Assembly: GCA_040217195.1 (NCBI GenBank)
Contig: JAVJNR010000002.1
Location: 512,001-576,000 of the forward strand
From: Leptospiraceae bacterium
GTDB taxonomy: Bacteria > Spirochaetota > Leptospiria > Leptospirales > Leptonemataceae
DNA: 64,000 bases
Direction: 5' to 3'
Every line of letters begins with the position of its first letter. Within the stretch, counting starts at the first letter, position 1. This document shows, in pieces, positions 56,270 to 64,000 of this stretch. A program made the translations under genes and the position numbers. Below the pieces are notes generated by a model. That model had not been told where the DNA came from and ran no database searches. It saw nothing but the letters and a program-made list of their open reading frames with translations.

Positions 56270-57619
56270 TTATTTCTTATCTTTATCGGAAGATTTAGAC
56301 TTTTCGTTCTGGGCGGCTTCTGTGGCAGCCGCTGCATTGCGGGCCCATCCAAAAGGATCTGTAATGGTTCGTAGAAAACCGGGTCCTTTCTTTTTAAAGG
56401 AATCAATAGCCTGCTCGTAAGTGCTTTCCAGTTTCAATGCACAGTTACCGATGTCATGTTCCTGGGCAATCTCCAGGCTCTGCGCAGAAAAGCTTCTATA
56501 GAGATCTTTGTCGTTCAAGATCTTTAGGGCACGCTCGGCCATATCTATGTGATGTCCCGGTTCCACAATGTAGCCATTTCTTCCGTCCTGGATCAGTTCA
56601 GGAAGAGCAAAGGAATTAACACCAACGCAGGGAAGTCCACAGGCCATGGCTTCCAGTACTACCAGCCCCTGAGTTTCCATGGTGGAAGCAGTGAGAAACA
56701 AATCATATTTGGGATAGATGTCTGGCAGAGTATCCCTGGACACAAAGCCTGGAAATTGAATCTTATCGTAAACATCGTGCTGTCGGGCTTCGATTTTCAT
56801 GGACTCCAGAGCGGGTCCATCCCCCAGAATATCCAGAGTGGCATTGGGATACTTTTCCAGAATCAATGCGAATGCTTTGATTACAACTTCGCAGTTCTTT
56901 TCATAAGAGATGCGGCCCACATGAAGGAATTTCGGTGCATGGCCCGAGAACTCTTTGATCTCTCCTTTAAATACTTTCAAATCCATTCCGTTGGAAACTA
57001 CTTCCACCGGCTTTCTTACGCCATGCTGAATCAATTCATCACGTATCAAATGGCTGGGACTGATTATTATTTCTGCAGTTTCATAGAGGCTATTCGTTAG
57101 CTTCCAGATTAACTGCTTTTTCAGTGATTTAGAATCCTTTCGCTCAATCTTATCCAGGCGTTTCTTGATTTTCTTATTTGCCTGAAAATAGGACATTAGC
57201 CGGTCCAGACGAAGAAGACGATACAGAGAAATATAGGTTTCCTGCTCGGATACCAGTGTATGGTAGGTGCCTACAAGGGGAACATCGTACATCCGCGAAG
57301 CCATGACTCCGCACTGACCCAGAAGGCCAGGAGTCTGTATATGAATAATGTCTGCCTTGAATTCTTTCACCGCTTTATGAATCTTTTTTTGGGACGGTAG
57401 CACTACCTTGATATCTGGATAACTGGGCAGAGGCGCATTCTTGAATCGAAGGATTTCTATGTCATCGCCCAGAACCTTTATATCATCGGAGCCATACTTG
57501 GGGCAGCAGATGATAAACTTATGTCCCCGGGCTGACAGATAGCGACAGAAGTGGTCCACGGAAATGGCCACACCATCAATCTTTGGAAGAAATGTATCTG
57601 TAAAAATGGCAACGTTCAT
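56270..57619 (-). CDS. Glycosyltransferase family 4 (diacylglycerol glucosyltransferase-like)
   Basis: FTDTFLPKIDGV, TYHT, VGRISYEKN, ETQGLVVLEAMACG. Confidence 0.9.
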   Translation of the reverse strand: MNVAIFTDTFLPKIDGVAISVDHFCRYLSARGHKFIICCPKYGSDDIKVLGDDIEILRFKNAPLPSYPDIKVVLPSQKKIHKAVKEFKADIIHIQTPGLLGQCGVMASRMYDVPLVGTYHTLVSEQETYISLYRLLRLDRLMSYFQANKKIKKRLDKIERKDSKSLKKQLIWKLTNSLYETAEIIISPSHLIRDELIQHGVRKPVEVVSNGMDLKVFKGEIKEFSGHAPKFLHVGRISYEKNCEVVIKAFALILEKYPNATLDILGDGPALESMKIEARQHDVYDKIQFPGFVSRDTLPDIYPKYDLFLTASTMETQGLVVLEAMACGLPCVGVNSFALPELIQDGRNGYIVEPGHHIDMAERALKILNDKDLYRSFSAQSLEIAQEHDIGNCALKLESTYEQAIDSFKKKGPGFLRTITDPFGWARNAAAATEAAQNEKSKSSDKDKK

Positions 57620-57682
57620 TGTATTCTCCTGGTCCCTTCCTGGACGAATGAGCTCAGGAAGGTCCGGTTTTCAGTGATTAAA

Positions 57683-58102
57683 TCATCTTTCCACTGGTTC
57701 GTAGCTTTCCTTTCTAAGAGGTTCCAGATCTCGGTCCAGCGGGAATATGAATCCAAGCCATGAAATGGAAAGTAAAATAAAAAGCAGACCCAGGTTTATT
57801 AATACTGCAAAGGTTGCCCGTCTGGCGGATCGCAGGGCTGCATCTTCAGGCACATCGCCGAAAGACAGTCCATCCTTCTTCTTTTGAAAAATGTTACGAA
57901 TTCGTTTCTCGAATAACCGCCCCTGGAAAAGGGAGGAAAGTGAGGGAAGTTCTCCGGCTCTCTTTCGGGCCAGCCAGAATCCCCAGGCAGTTAATAGTAT
58001 GCCAGAGGGCAATACAATTGGCCATAGAACTGGAATCACTGCCAGAATCAGGAGAAAATAGGAGAGGATTCGAAGGATCCAGACGGCGGAGCCAGACTTC
58101 AT
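57683..58102 (-). CDS. Hypothetical membrane protein
   Basis: 139 aa with 3 hydrophobic segments. Confidence 0.6.
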   Translation of the reverse strand: MKSGSAVWILRILSYFLLILAVIPVLWPIVLPSGILLTAWGFWLARKRAGELPSLSSLFQGRLFEKRIRNIFQKKKDGLSFGDVPEDAALRSARRATFAVLINLGLLFILLSISWLGFIFPLDRDLEPLRKESYEPVER

Positions 58103-58170
58103 AAAATGGTTGGAATTTTTGTGAACGATCCGCTTATTGTGACAACAACAATTTTGATCAAGAGGTGATT

Positions 58171-58683
58171 ATGGCCACGGTTACGTTGAAAGGTAATCCA
58201 ATCCGTCTCGAAGGAAATCTTCCTGAAGTAGGAGCGGCGGCTCCAGATTTTAAAGTAGTGCGAGACGATATGTCCGAGGCAAGCCTGAAGGATTTCTCGG
58301 GCAAAGTTAAGGTGCTGGTTGCAGTACCCAGTCTGGATACTCCGGTTTGTGCCACAGAAACCAAGAAATTTAATGAAAAGCTGGCCGGTGATTCCGATGT
58401 GGCCACGATTATTGTTTCCGGGGATCTGCCCTTTGCCATGAAACGGTTCTGTGTTTCAGAAAAGGTGGATGGCGTTGTAGTAGGATCTCAGTTCCGAGAT
58501 ATGGCTTTTTCCCGTGCTTATGGCACTCACATTGCTGAGGGTGGCCTCCAGGGGCTGTCGGCTCGAGCTGTATTCGTAGTGGATAAGAACGATAAAGTAG
58601 CTTACAGTGAGCTTGTTCCAGAAATCGGGCAGGAGCCGGATTACGACAAGGTTATTGAAGCGGTTGGAAAGGCGAAAGGCTGA
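58171..58683 (+). CDS. tpx: Thiol peroxidase
   Basis: [38 protein letters not shown]. Confidence 0.95.
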   Translation: MATVTLKGNPIRLEGNLPEVGAAAPDFKVVRDDMSEASLKDFSGKVKVLVAVPSLDTPVCATETKKFNEKLAGDSDVATIIVSGDLPFAMKRFCVSEKVDGVVVGSQFRDMAFSRAYGTHIAEGGLQGLSARAVFVVDKNDKVAYSELVPEIGQEPDYDKVIEAVGKAKG

Positions 58684-58729
58684 GTTTTTTTGAACCTCTG
58701 GCTGCCCGCCATGGTGGCGGGTCAGTCGG

Positions 58730-59401
58730 ATGCCATCCTTACCAAAAACCCGGGTTTACAGACCACCGGTAGGACAGGAATCTGGCCACGTGTTCGGTAC
58801 AATACCCGGAGATGTAGAAGCCATACTTTCCAGACCTGCCCAGGCCACTGCTGAATTTCTGGAAAGACCTGCAGTGAAGAGCCTTCGATTCTTTGCTATC
58901 TACCATTTACCCTTTCTAATCCTCCTGCCATTCTTTACATTTATCAGTCCCTATCGTCTGGTGTTTGGCGGTAGCTTTTCCAAAAGAGATATCTTTGGTT
59001 TTCCCACCATTCTGATCCTGGGATTTCTCTGTATGGGAGCTGTATTCGATAGAATGCAGCGCTATACTCGTGCAGCAGGAATTGATCCGGAGAGATCAAA
59101 CTTCTTTGATATGCGACCGGCAGGAAAGAACCTTTCGTTGTACCTGCATTTGCCATTGTCGGCTTCCGTCTTTCTATTCTTCTTACATCCTGCAGCCGGG
59201 TATCTGGGTCTTCTGGCAACAGCCATATATTGTGCTTACCAGAGTATTGTAGCCTGGGCTCGCCTTCGCGGTCAAACTATCCTGCATTCCCTTTCTGTTT
59301 ATGTGCTTAGCGCAGGAATGTTAATGCTTCCTCTTCTGGGATTGATGATACTCTATAATCTATTGAAGACGTATCGCATTCTTAGAGAAATCTACTCCTG
59401 A
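58730..59401 (+). CDS. Hypothetical membrane protein
   Basis: About 5 TM segments. Confidence 0.7.
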   Translation: MPSLPKTRVYRPPVGQESGHVFGTIPGDVEAILSRPAQATAEFLERPAVKSLRFFAIYHLPFLILLPFFTFISPYRLVFGGSFSKRDIFGFPTILILGFLCMGAVFDRMQRYTRAAGIDPERSNFFDMRPAGKNLSLYLHLPLSASVFLFFLHPAAGYLGLLATAIYCAYQSIVAWARLRGQTILHSLSVYVLSAGMLMLPLLGLMILYNLLKTYRILREIYS

Positions 59402-59411
59402 GCAGATTAAA

Positions 59412-60884
59412 ATGAAGATACACCTTATTGGAGTTGGGGGCGCCGCCATGGGAAACCTGGCGGCCATGTTAAAAAAAACCGGCCATCGGGTGAGCGGCTC
59501 GGATCTGGATCTGTATCCTCCTATGTCCGACCGTTTGAAGGACTGGAAAATAAATGCGAAGCCCTTTCGCGCATCATCCGTGAAAAACAAAGACCTGGTG
59601 ATCGTAGGCAATGCAATTTCCCGGGGCAACGCGGAATTGGAAGAGGCATTGCGACTCGGCCTTCCCATTACCAGTATGGCTGCAGCGTTGCAGCAGTTCT
59701 TCTTAAAAGGCAGAAAAGTTATAGTAGTGGCTGGAACACATGGTAAGACCACAACTACATTCTTAACAGATTACATTCTGGGTGAAGCGAGCCCGGGCAA
59801 ACATGGAGTCAAAGGAAAGGCGAAAGCGGCTGATCTACCGGGGCTTTTTGTAGGCGGCGTCCGGGCGGACGGTCATCCAGGGTTTCGAATTCCAGGAAAG
59901 AACAATCCCTATTTTGTGATTGAGGGCGATGAGTATGATACGGCTTTCTTTGATAAAGCTTCCAAATTTCTTCATTATCGCCCCCATCATCTAATTCTCA
60001 CATCCGTGGAATTTGATCATGCAGATATTTTTTCTGATCTGAACCATTACAAGCAGGCTTTTCGCATTCTGCTTCGCTGGATACCTCCGAACGGAACGCT
60101 TGTGCCCTGCCTCAAAGATCCTGGCGTGGCCGATGTATGTAGAGGGTTTAAATTTAGCGAAATGCTGGGTTATGGAAAGTCATCTGCTTCCCATGCAAGA
60201 CGAAAAGGCCGAGAAGTGCAGTTCCTACTCAAGAAAGCGAATGGAATAGATGATCTGAATTTCAGCTGCAAACCTGCTTTGATTGGAGCACACAATACCT
60301 TGAATGCCTTGGCAGCAAGCCTGGTGGCGCGCAGATGTGGCTTTTCTAAAGGTCAAATCATTCACGGTCTGGAATCTTTCCCGGGAGTGCTTCGCAGGCA
60401 GCAAGTTCGCGCCAGAAGCGCCGACGAATCCATCATTTTTATGGAAGACTTTGCCCATCATCCCACAGCCGTAAAAGAAACTCTTCAAGCGGTGCGTCAG
60501 GCCTACTCCGGTTATCGCATAGTTGCTCTATATGAGCCCAGAAGTGCAACCAGCCATCGCAACCTGTTTACGGCGGAGTATGTAGATTCGCTTCAGTCTG
60601 CGGATCTGGTGCTACTGCCAGATGTTTTTAACCGGCAGAAAGTAAGCTCCGGGCAGAGGCTGGATGTAAGAAGCATAGTGCAGCAGCTGAATGAACGAGG
60701 CACTGCTGCAAAATATTGTAAAGATCCGGCCGGGGTCTTACTTGCTCTGAAAAAAGACCTGGAACTGAAAAACCCTGCCAGGCAGCCCACGATCATCCTG
60801 GCTATGAGCAACGGTGGCTTTGGCGGGATATATTCGCAAATCGATGCTATGGTTTCAGCATCTGCGAGTGTTCCAATCGTATGA
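59412..60884 (+). CDS. mpl: Murein tripeptide ligase Mpl (MurC family)
   Basis: YPPMS, GTHGKTTT, EGDEYDTAFFDKASKFLHY, DFAHHPTA, EPRS. Confidence 0.85.
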   Translation: MKIHLIGVGGAAMGNLAAMLKKTGHRVSGSDLDLYPPMSDRLKDWKINAKPFRASSVKNKDLVIVGNAISRGNAELEEALRLGLPITSMAAALQQFFLKGRKVIVVAGTHGKTTTTFLTDYILGEASPGKHGVKGKAKAADLPGLFVGGVRADGHPGFRIPGKNNPYFVIEGDEYDTAFFDKASKFLHYRPHHLILTSVEFDHADIFSDLNHYKQAFRILLRWIPPNGTLVPCLKDPGVADVCRGFKFSEMLGYGKSSASHARRKGREVQFLLKKANGIDDLNFSCKPALIGAHNTLNALAASLVARRCGFSKGQIIHGLESFPGVLRRQQVRARSADESIIFMEDFAHHPTAVKETLQAVRQAYSGYRIVALYEPRSATSHRNLFTAEYVDSLQSADLVLLPDVFNRQKVSSGQRLDVRSIVQQLNERGTAAKYCKDPAGVLLALKKDLELKNPARQPTIILAMSNGGFGGIYSQIDAMVSASASVPIV

Positions 60885-60933
60885 GTATGAAGTTCTGATT
60901 TGACCTCCTGGAATTGGTCGGCTGCATGGTTAT

Positions 60934-61416
60934 ATGTTGCGTCTATTAACTGTAATTATCATCATTCTTTTTGCTGCGCAAGGAATCAATGCAGAAACCA
61001 GGGTTGGGTTCTACGAAATATTTTTGGGGGATACCAGGGCATCTGTGAAGCAGAGGTCATTCCATCTCTGCGATCGAAATAATGAGGAAAACTGGCAGGT
61101 CTCCGCATCCCATGAACCGGTAATAATCTACGGGCCCTGCGCGGAGAATCCCCGCGGGTTGCTGGATGGAATAATGATAACGCTTCGCTTTTCCAAAAAG
61201 GATCGCCTCAAGGATATGCAAATTCGCACCCGGGCTGATCCAAAAAAATGGGCCCAGGCCCTTGAAAAACAGTACGGAACTCCGAAAGGGGATCCGGCCA
61301 ACACCTTTCTCTACTGGTACTTTGAGAACCGAAAACTCCGAATGACCCTGTCCTGGGTTGTTCGTGAAGAGGGATTACCATCCGTAGAAGCTGCTTTTAT
61401 GGATATGTATCCATGA
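60934..61416 (+). CDS. Hypothetical secreted protein
   Basis: Signal peptide ending INA-E; two Cys. Confidence 0.7.
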   Translation: MLRLLTVIIIILFAAQGINAETRVGFYEIFLGDTRASVKQRSFHLCDRNNEENWQVSASHEPVIIYGPCAENPRGLLDGIMITLRFSKKDRLKDMQIRTRADPKKWAQALEKQYGTPKGDPANTFLYWYFENRKLRMTLSWVVREEGLPSVEAAFMDMYP

Positions 61417-61507
61417 ATCCGTAATCGTGCGCAGATGGTCCCTTCTGCGTTGAATACCTGAATCTCCGGAATTGCTTTACATGGATTCCATGCGGTTTTT
61501 TCTCTCC

Positions 61508-62068
61508 ATGAGAATGAGATTAAGTATCAAACATTGGAGCAGCACCCTGGTACTGCTTTTGGCCGTAGGATTGCTCATGATGATTTCCCTTCCTGTTCTG
61601 GGGCGGGTTTATGAGAAGCCGAAGGAAGCCCTTAATGCGGTATTTCCCGGAGCAACTATCGAACGAAAGCCGGTCTATTTGAGCAAGGCTGAACAGAAGA
61701 GTCTCAGTGAACAAAGCGGTAAGGAGCTAAAGAGTCGGTTTTATACCTTCTATGAAGCAAGAAAAAATGGCCAGATTCTGGGATACGGAACCTACGTAAC
61801 GGATGTGGTGCGAACCAAGGAGCAAACTCTGTTTATTGCTGTGAACTCCAATGGCCAGGTGAAGGATGTTCGACTCATTTCATTTTTTGAACCTGAAGAA
61901 TATCGACCTCCGGAGCGATGGCTTGACTTGCTCAATGGTAAGTCACTGAGTAATTCAATTCAGCCCGGAAAGGATTTGCCTGCAATGAGCGGCGCATCCC
62001 TCACGTCTCGTTCCACGGCGGATAACACTCGGATGGTTCTTGCCATCGTCAAATTGAAGCTTCAATAA
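61508..62068 (+). CDS. Extracytosolic FMN-binding domain protein (flavinylation substrate)
   Basis: VRTK, FFEPEEYRP, AMSGASLTS flavinylation-type motif; N-terminal signal or TM; start uncertain. Confidence 0.8.
   Translation: MRMRLSIKHWSSTLVLLLAVGLLMMISLPVLGRVYEKPKEALNAVFPGATIERKPVYLSKAEQKSLSEQSGKELKSRFYTFYEARKNGQILGYGTYVTDVVRTKEQTLFIAVNSNGQVKDVRLISFFEPEEYRPPERWLDLLNGKSLSNSIQPGKDLPAMSGASLTSRSTADNTRMVLAIVKLKLQ
61510..61528. promoter_or_regulatory. Fur-box-like sequence
   Basis: GAGAATGAGATTAAGTATC matches GATAATGATAATCATTATC at 14 of 19 positions. Confidence 0.35.
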
Positions 62069-62529
62069 TGCGATTTCTCGTTACAGGTAGCATACGAAGC
62101 GATAGCGGGCCACGTCGCATCCTGACCGGGGCATTACTTTTTCTACTGCTGTTTACCGTAGCTCACTTTGCAAGGGAATGGAACTCTGTGGGTTACAGCC
62201 CTAAGCTTATTCAGAAAAACCTGGGAGGTGAGTTTTCTACCCAGGCCATATTACTACTGGAAGACCTTCATATTGATCTGGTGCTCTTTGGAATGTCTCT
62301 ACTTTTCATTGGATCTGTACTGTATCAGGTACGCGGCAGTCGAGCACTGCGAAATGGTGTTTTTTCCTTACTCTCAGGACTTATTTTGCTGTACGTAGCT
62401 ACCAGATTTCTGGTGCCCCTGGCCCATATCTTTGCCTACCTGGTCGCTCTGTTATTCTACGTTGTTCACTTAATGATGGCCCTGGTATTGCTCTGGATAT
62501 TGACCGATCTGTACCGAGGTCGTTCATGA
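62068..62529 (+). CDS. Four-TM His-containing membrane protein
   Basis: TAATG coupling to the FMN-binding gene; LEDLHIDL; H-x13-H. Confidence 0.75.
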   Translation: MRFLVTGSIRSDSGPRRILTGALLFLLLFTVAHFAREWNSVGYSPKLIQKNLGGEFSTQAILLLEDLHIDLVLFGMSLLFIGSVLYQVRGSRALRNGVFSLLSGLILLYVATRFLVPLAHIFAYLVALLFYVVHLMMALVLLWILTDLYRGRS

Positions 62530-63146
62530 GCTTTCGCCTCCAGGACCACCAATTCTTCAAACCTGCAGTACTGGTGTTTTCCGTTTTTACCCTGGCACAG
62601 CTGGTATCCGGAAGTATACTCTATGTAGAAAAGATAGGGCTGCATCCTGCTGGCTCCGTGGAATTCTATTCGGGCTCAGAAAGGATGATTGAGCTGTACC
62701 CGGACCGTCCGGATCGGTTTCGAAATCCAGCTACGTTCGAAGGATTGCTGAAAACAGCTGTTAGTCACAGTCTTGCCTATGGATTATTCGTTTTTCTATT
62801 GATTCATCTGTTACGATCTTTATTGCCCGATGGCCCGGCACGAAAGCCTGCAGAATGGCTGGGAAATTTGATGTATACTTCAGCCCTGCTGGACATTTTA
62901 AGCGGATTTGCTGTGACCTACGGACCGTTATTCTTCGCATATCTACGTACATCCATTTTTGCGGCCTTTGTTGGCAGTACCACGCTTTGTGCCCTCTGGT
63001 TGATCCATCTTGTGCTATCCAGAAAGCCTGAAAAATACGACTGGGGCAGCGATGGTTTACGAGTGGACGTGGAGGAGCATAATCTGGCGGATGCGGCTGC
63101 GAAAAAATCCTCTACAAAACAAACCCAGACCACACCATCGGTCTGA
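62526..63146 (+). CDS. Four-TM His-containing membrane protein
   Basis: ATGA coupling; SHSLAYGLFVFLLIH (H-x12-H). Confidence 0.75.
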   Translation: MSFRLQDHQFFKPAVLVFSVFTLAQLVSGSILYVEKIGLHPAGSVEFYSGSERMIELYPDRPDRFRNPATFEGLLKTAVSHSLAYGLFVFLLIHLLRSLLPDGPARKPAEWLGNLMYTSALLDILSGFAVTYGPLFFAYLRTSIFAAFVGSTTLCALWLIHLVLSRKPEKYDWGSDGLRVDVEEHNLADAAAKKSSTKQTQTTPSV

Positions 63147-63148
63147 AC

Positions 63149-64000
63149 ATGGCGTCCAAGAAACAGGATAAGAAGAAAAACAAGACCTACCGAAAGCAGA
63201 AATCTCCACTAATTGAGAATGGTGGCCGCGGACATTATGGCGGGGAACAGCCGCCGGATGGAAAGCAATTCGTTGTTGTGGATACGAACGTCTTTTTGAT
63301 CGATCCATCGGCCTATCTGAAATTCCCTGACTCTCATCTGATAATCCCTCTAATTGTTATTGAAGAGCTGGACTCCTTTAAGAGAGAACTGACGGCCATC
63401 GGTAAAGCTGCTAGAGAGATTATTCGCACACTGGATGATCTTCGCAGCAAAGGTCCCCTGACTGAAGGTGTATCTCTGGAAAATGGTGCCGATCTTCGAG
63501 TCTTCATTCTGGAAGATCCGGATTACGAAATACCTCCTGGACTGGATCATATAGCGAAGGACAATTACATTCTAGCCTGCGCACTATTGATTTCAGAGCG
63601 TACAGATCAGCCGGTTCGCCTGGTGACCAAGGATGCAGACCTGCGAATCAAGGCGGACGTCCTGGGCCTGGAGGCCATCGATTACAGTCAGGATCAGCTG
63701 GATAGAAATCATCATCTGTACAGCGGCCAGAGAGTCTTTGCAGTGGAAGACTCTGTAGTGGATGCCTTCTTCGCTGGAGAGCCGGTAATGGCCGATCGCC
63801 TGGCCGATCCGAAACCAGCTGAAGAGAATGGAAATGGCAAAAACGAAATATTGCGAAAGGTAGTTCCAACCGGAAAAGAAGAGGAACCGGAAGAGGAAAC
63901 TCTGCAGGTATTCAAAGAAACGGACGGAATTCATCTACAGGCGCCTGCAGAAAACCCGTTTCAGGTAAATCAGTATATTACCTTGAAAAGCGAATCCAGA
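63149..64000 (+). CDS. PIN domain / PhoH-family (YlaK-like) protein, 3' truncated
   Basis: Hand translation: VVDTNVFLIDP, IPLIVIEELD, DNYIL, LVTKDADLRIKA; open to the window end. Confidence 0.85.
   Translation, partial: MASKKQDKKKNKTYRKQKSPLIENGGRGHYGGEQPPDGKQFVVVDTNVFLIDPSAYLKFPDSHLIIPLIVIEELDSFKRELTAIGKAAREIIRTLDDLRSKGPLTEGVSLENGADLRVFILEDPDYEIPPGLDHIAKDNYILACALLISERTDQPVRLVTKDADLRIKADVLGLEAIDYSQDQLDRNHHLYSGQRVFAVEDSVVDAFFAGEPVMADRLADPKPAEENGNGKNEILRKVVPTGKEEEPEEETLQVFKETDGIHLQAPAENPFQVNQYITLKSESR

Noticed and set aside
58703..58726. Hairpin after tpx as a terminator
   Set aside because: No downstream U-tract and the next ORF starts immediately; more likely a stabilising stem
63149..64000. 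PhoH-family gene as support for a Pho regulon
   Set aside because: PIN-PhoH proteins are not necessarily phosphate regulated, and no repeat array was seen upstream

Overview
Gene-dense bacterial chromosomal window with about 55 CDSs. No rRNA, tRNA, CRISPR array, transposase, integrase or phage gene was recognised. The many spirochaete-style lipoprotein signals and the ccm and TonB gene arrangements suggest a Leptospiraceae-like organism (inference). Contents in order: partial DUF1343/NamZ; a MoxR AAA+ / hypothetical / HEXXH-VWA / hypothetical / CapK-PaaK-like ligase / NadR-like cluster interrupted by CDF and ZIP metal transporters; orphan pstS; an AlkD-like plus 2OG-Fe(II) oxygenase pair; MASE1 hybrid kinase and GGDEF; ArsP permease plus small thioredoxin; a 12-kb TonB locus (TBDR, two lipoproteins, a 1256-aa mosaic surface lipoprotein, tonB, exbD x2, exbB) whose three promoter regions each carry 11-bp-period Pho-box-like repeats; YpdA-like oxidoreductase; ccmE-F-H-X-X-A; a histone-H1-like/TM/LysM protein; acs, bioD, nnrS with a perfect FNR-type box, tpx, mpl; an FMN-binding protein with two His-containing membrane proteins; partial PIN-PhoH. 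Best candidates for an undescribed system are the Pho-box-linked TonB surface locus, the MoxR-VWA-ligase cluster and the H1-TM-LysM protein. All calls come from motif reading by eye; no database searches were run.
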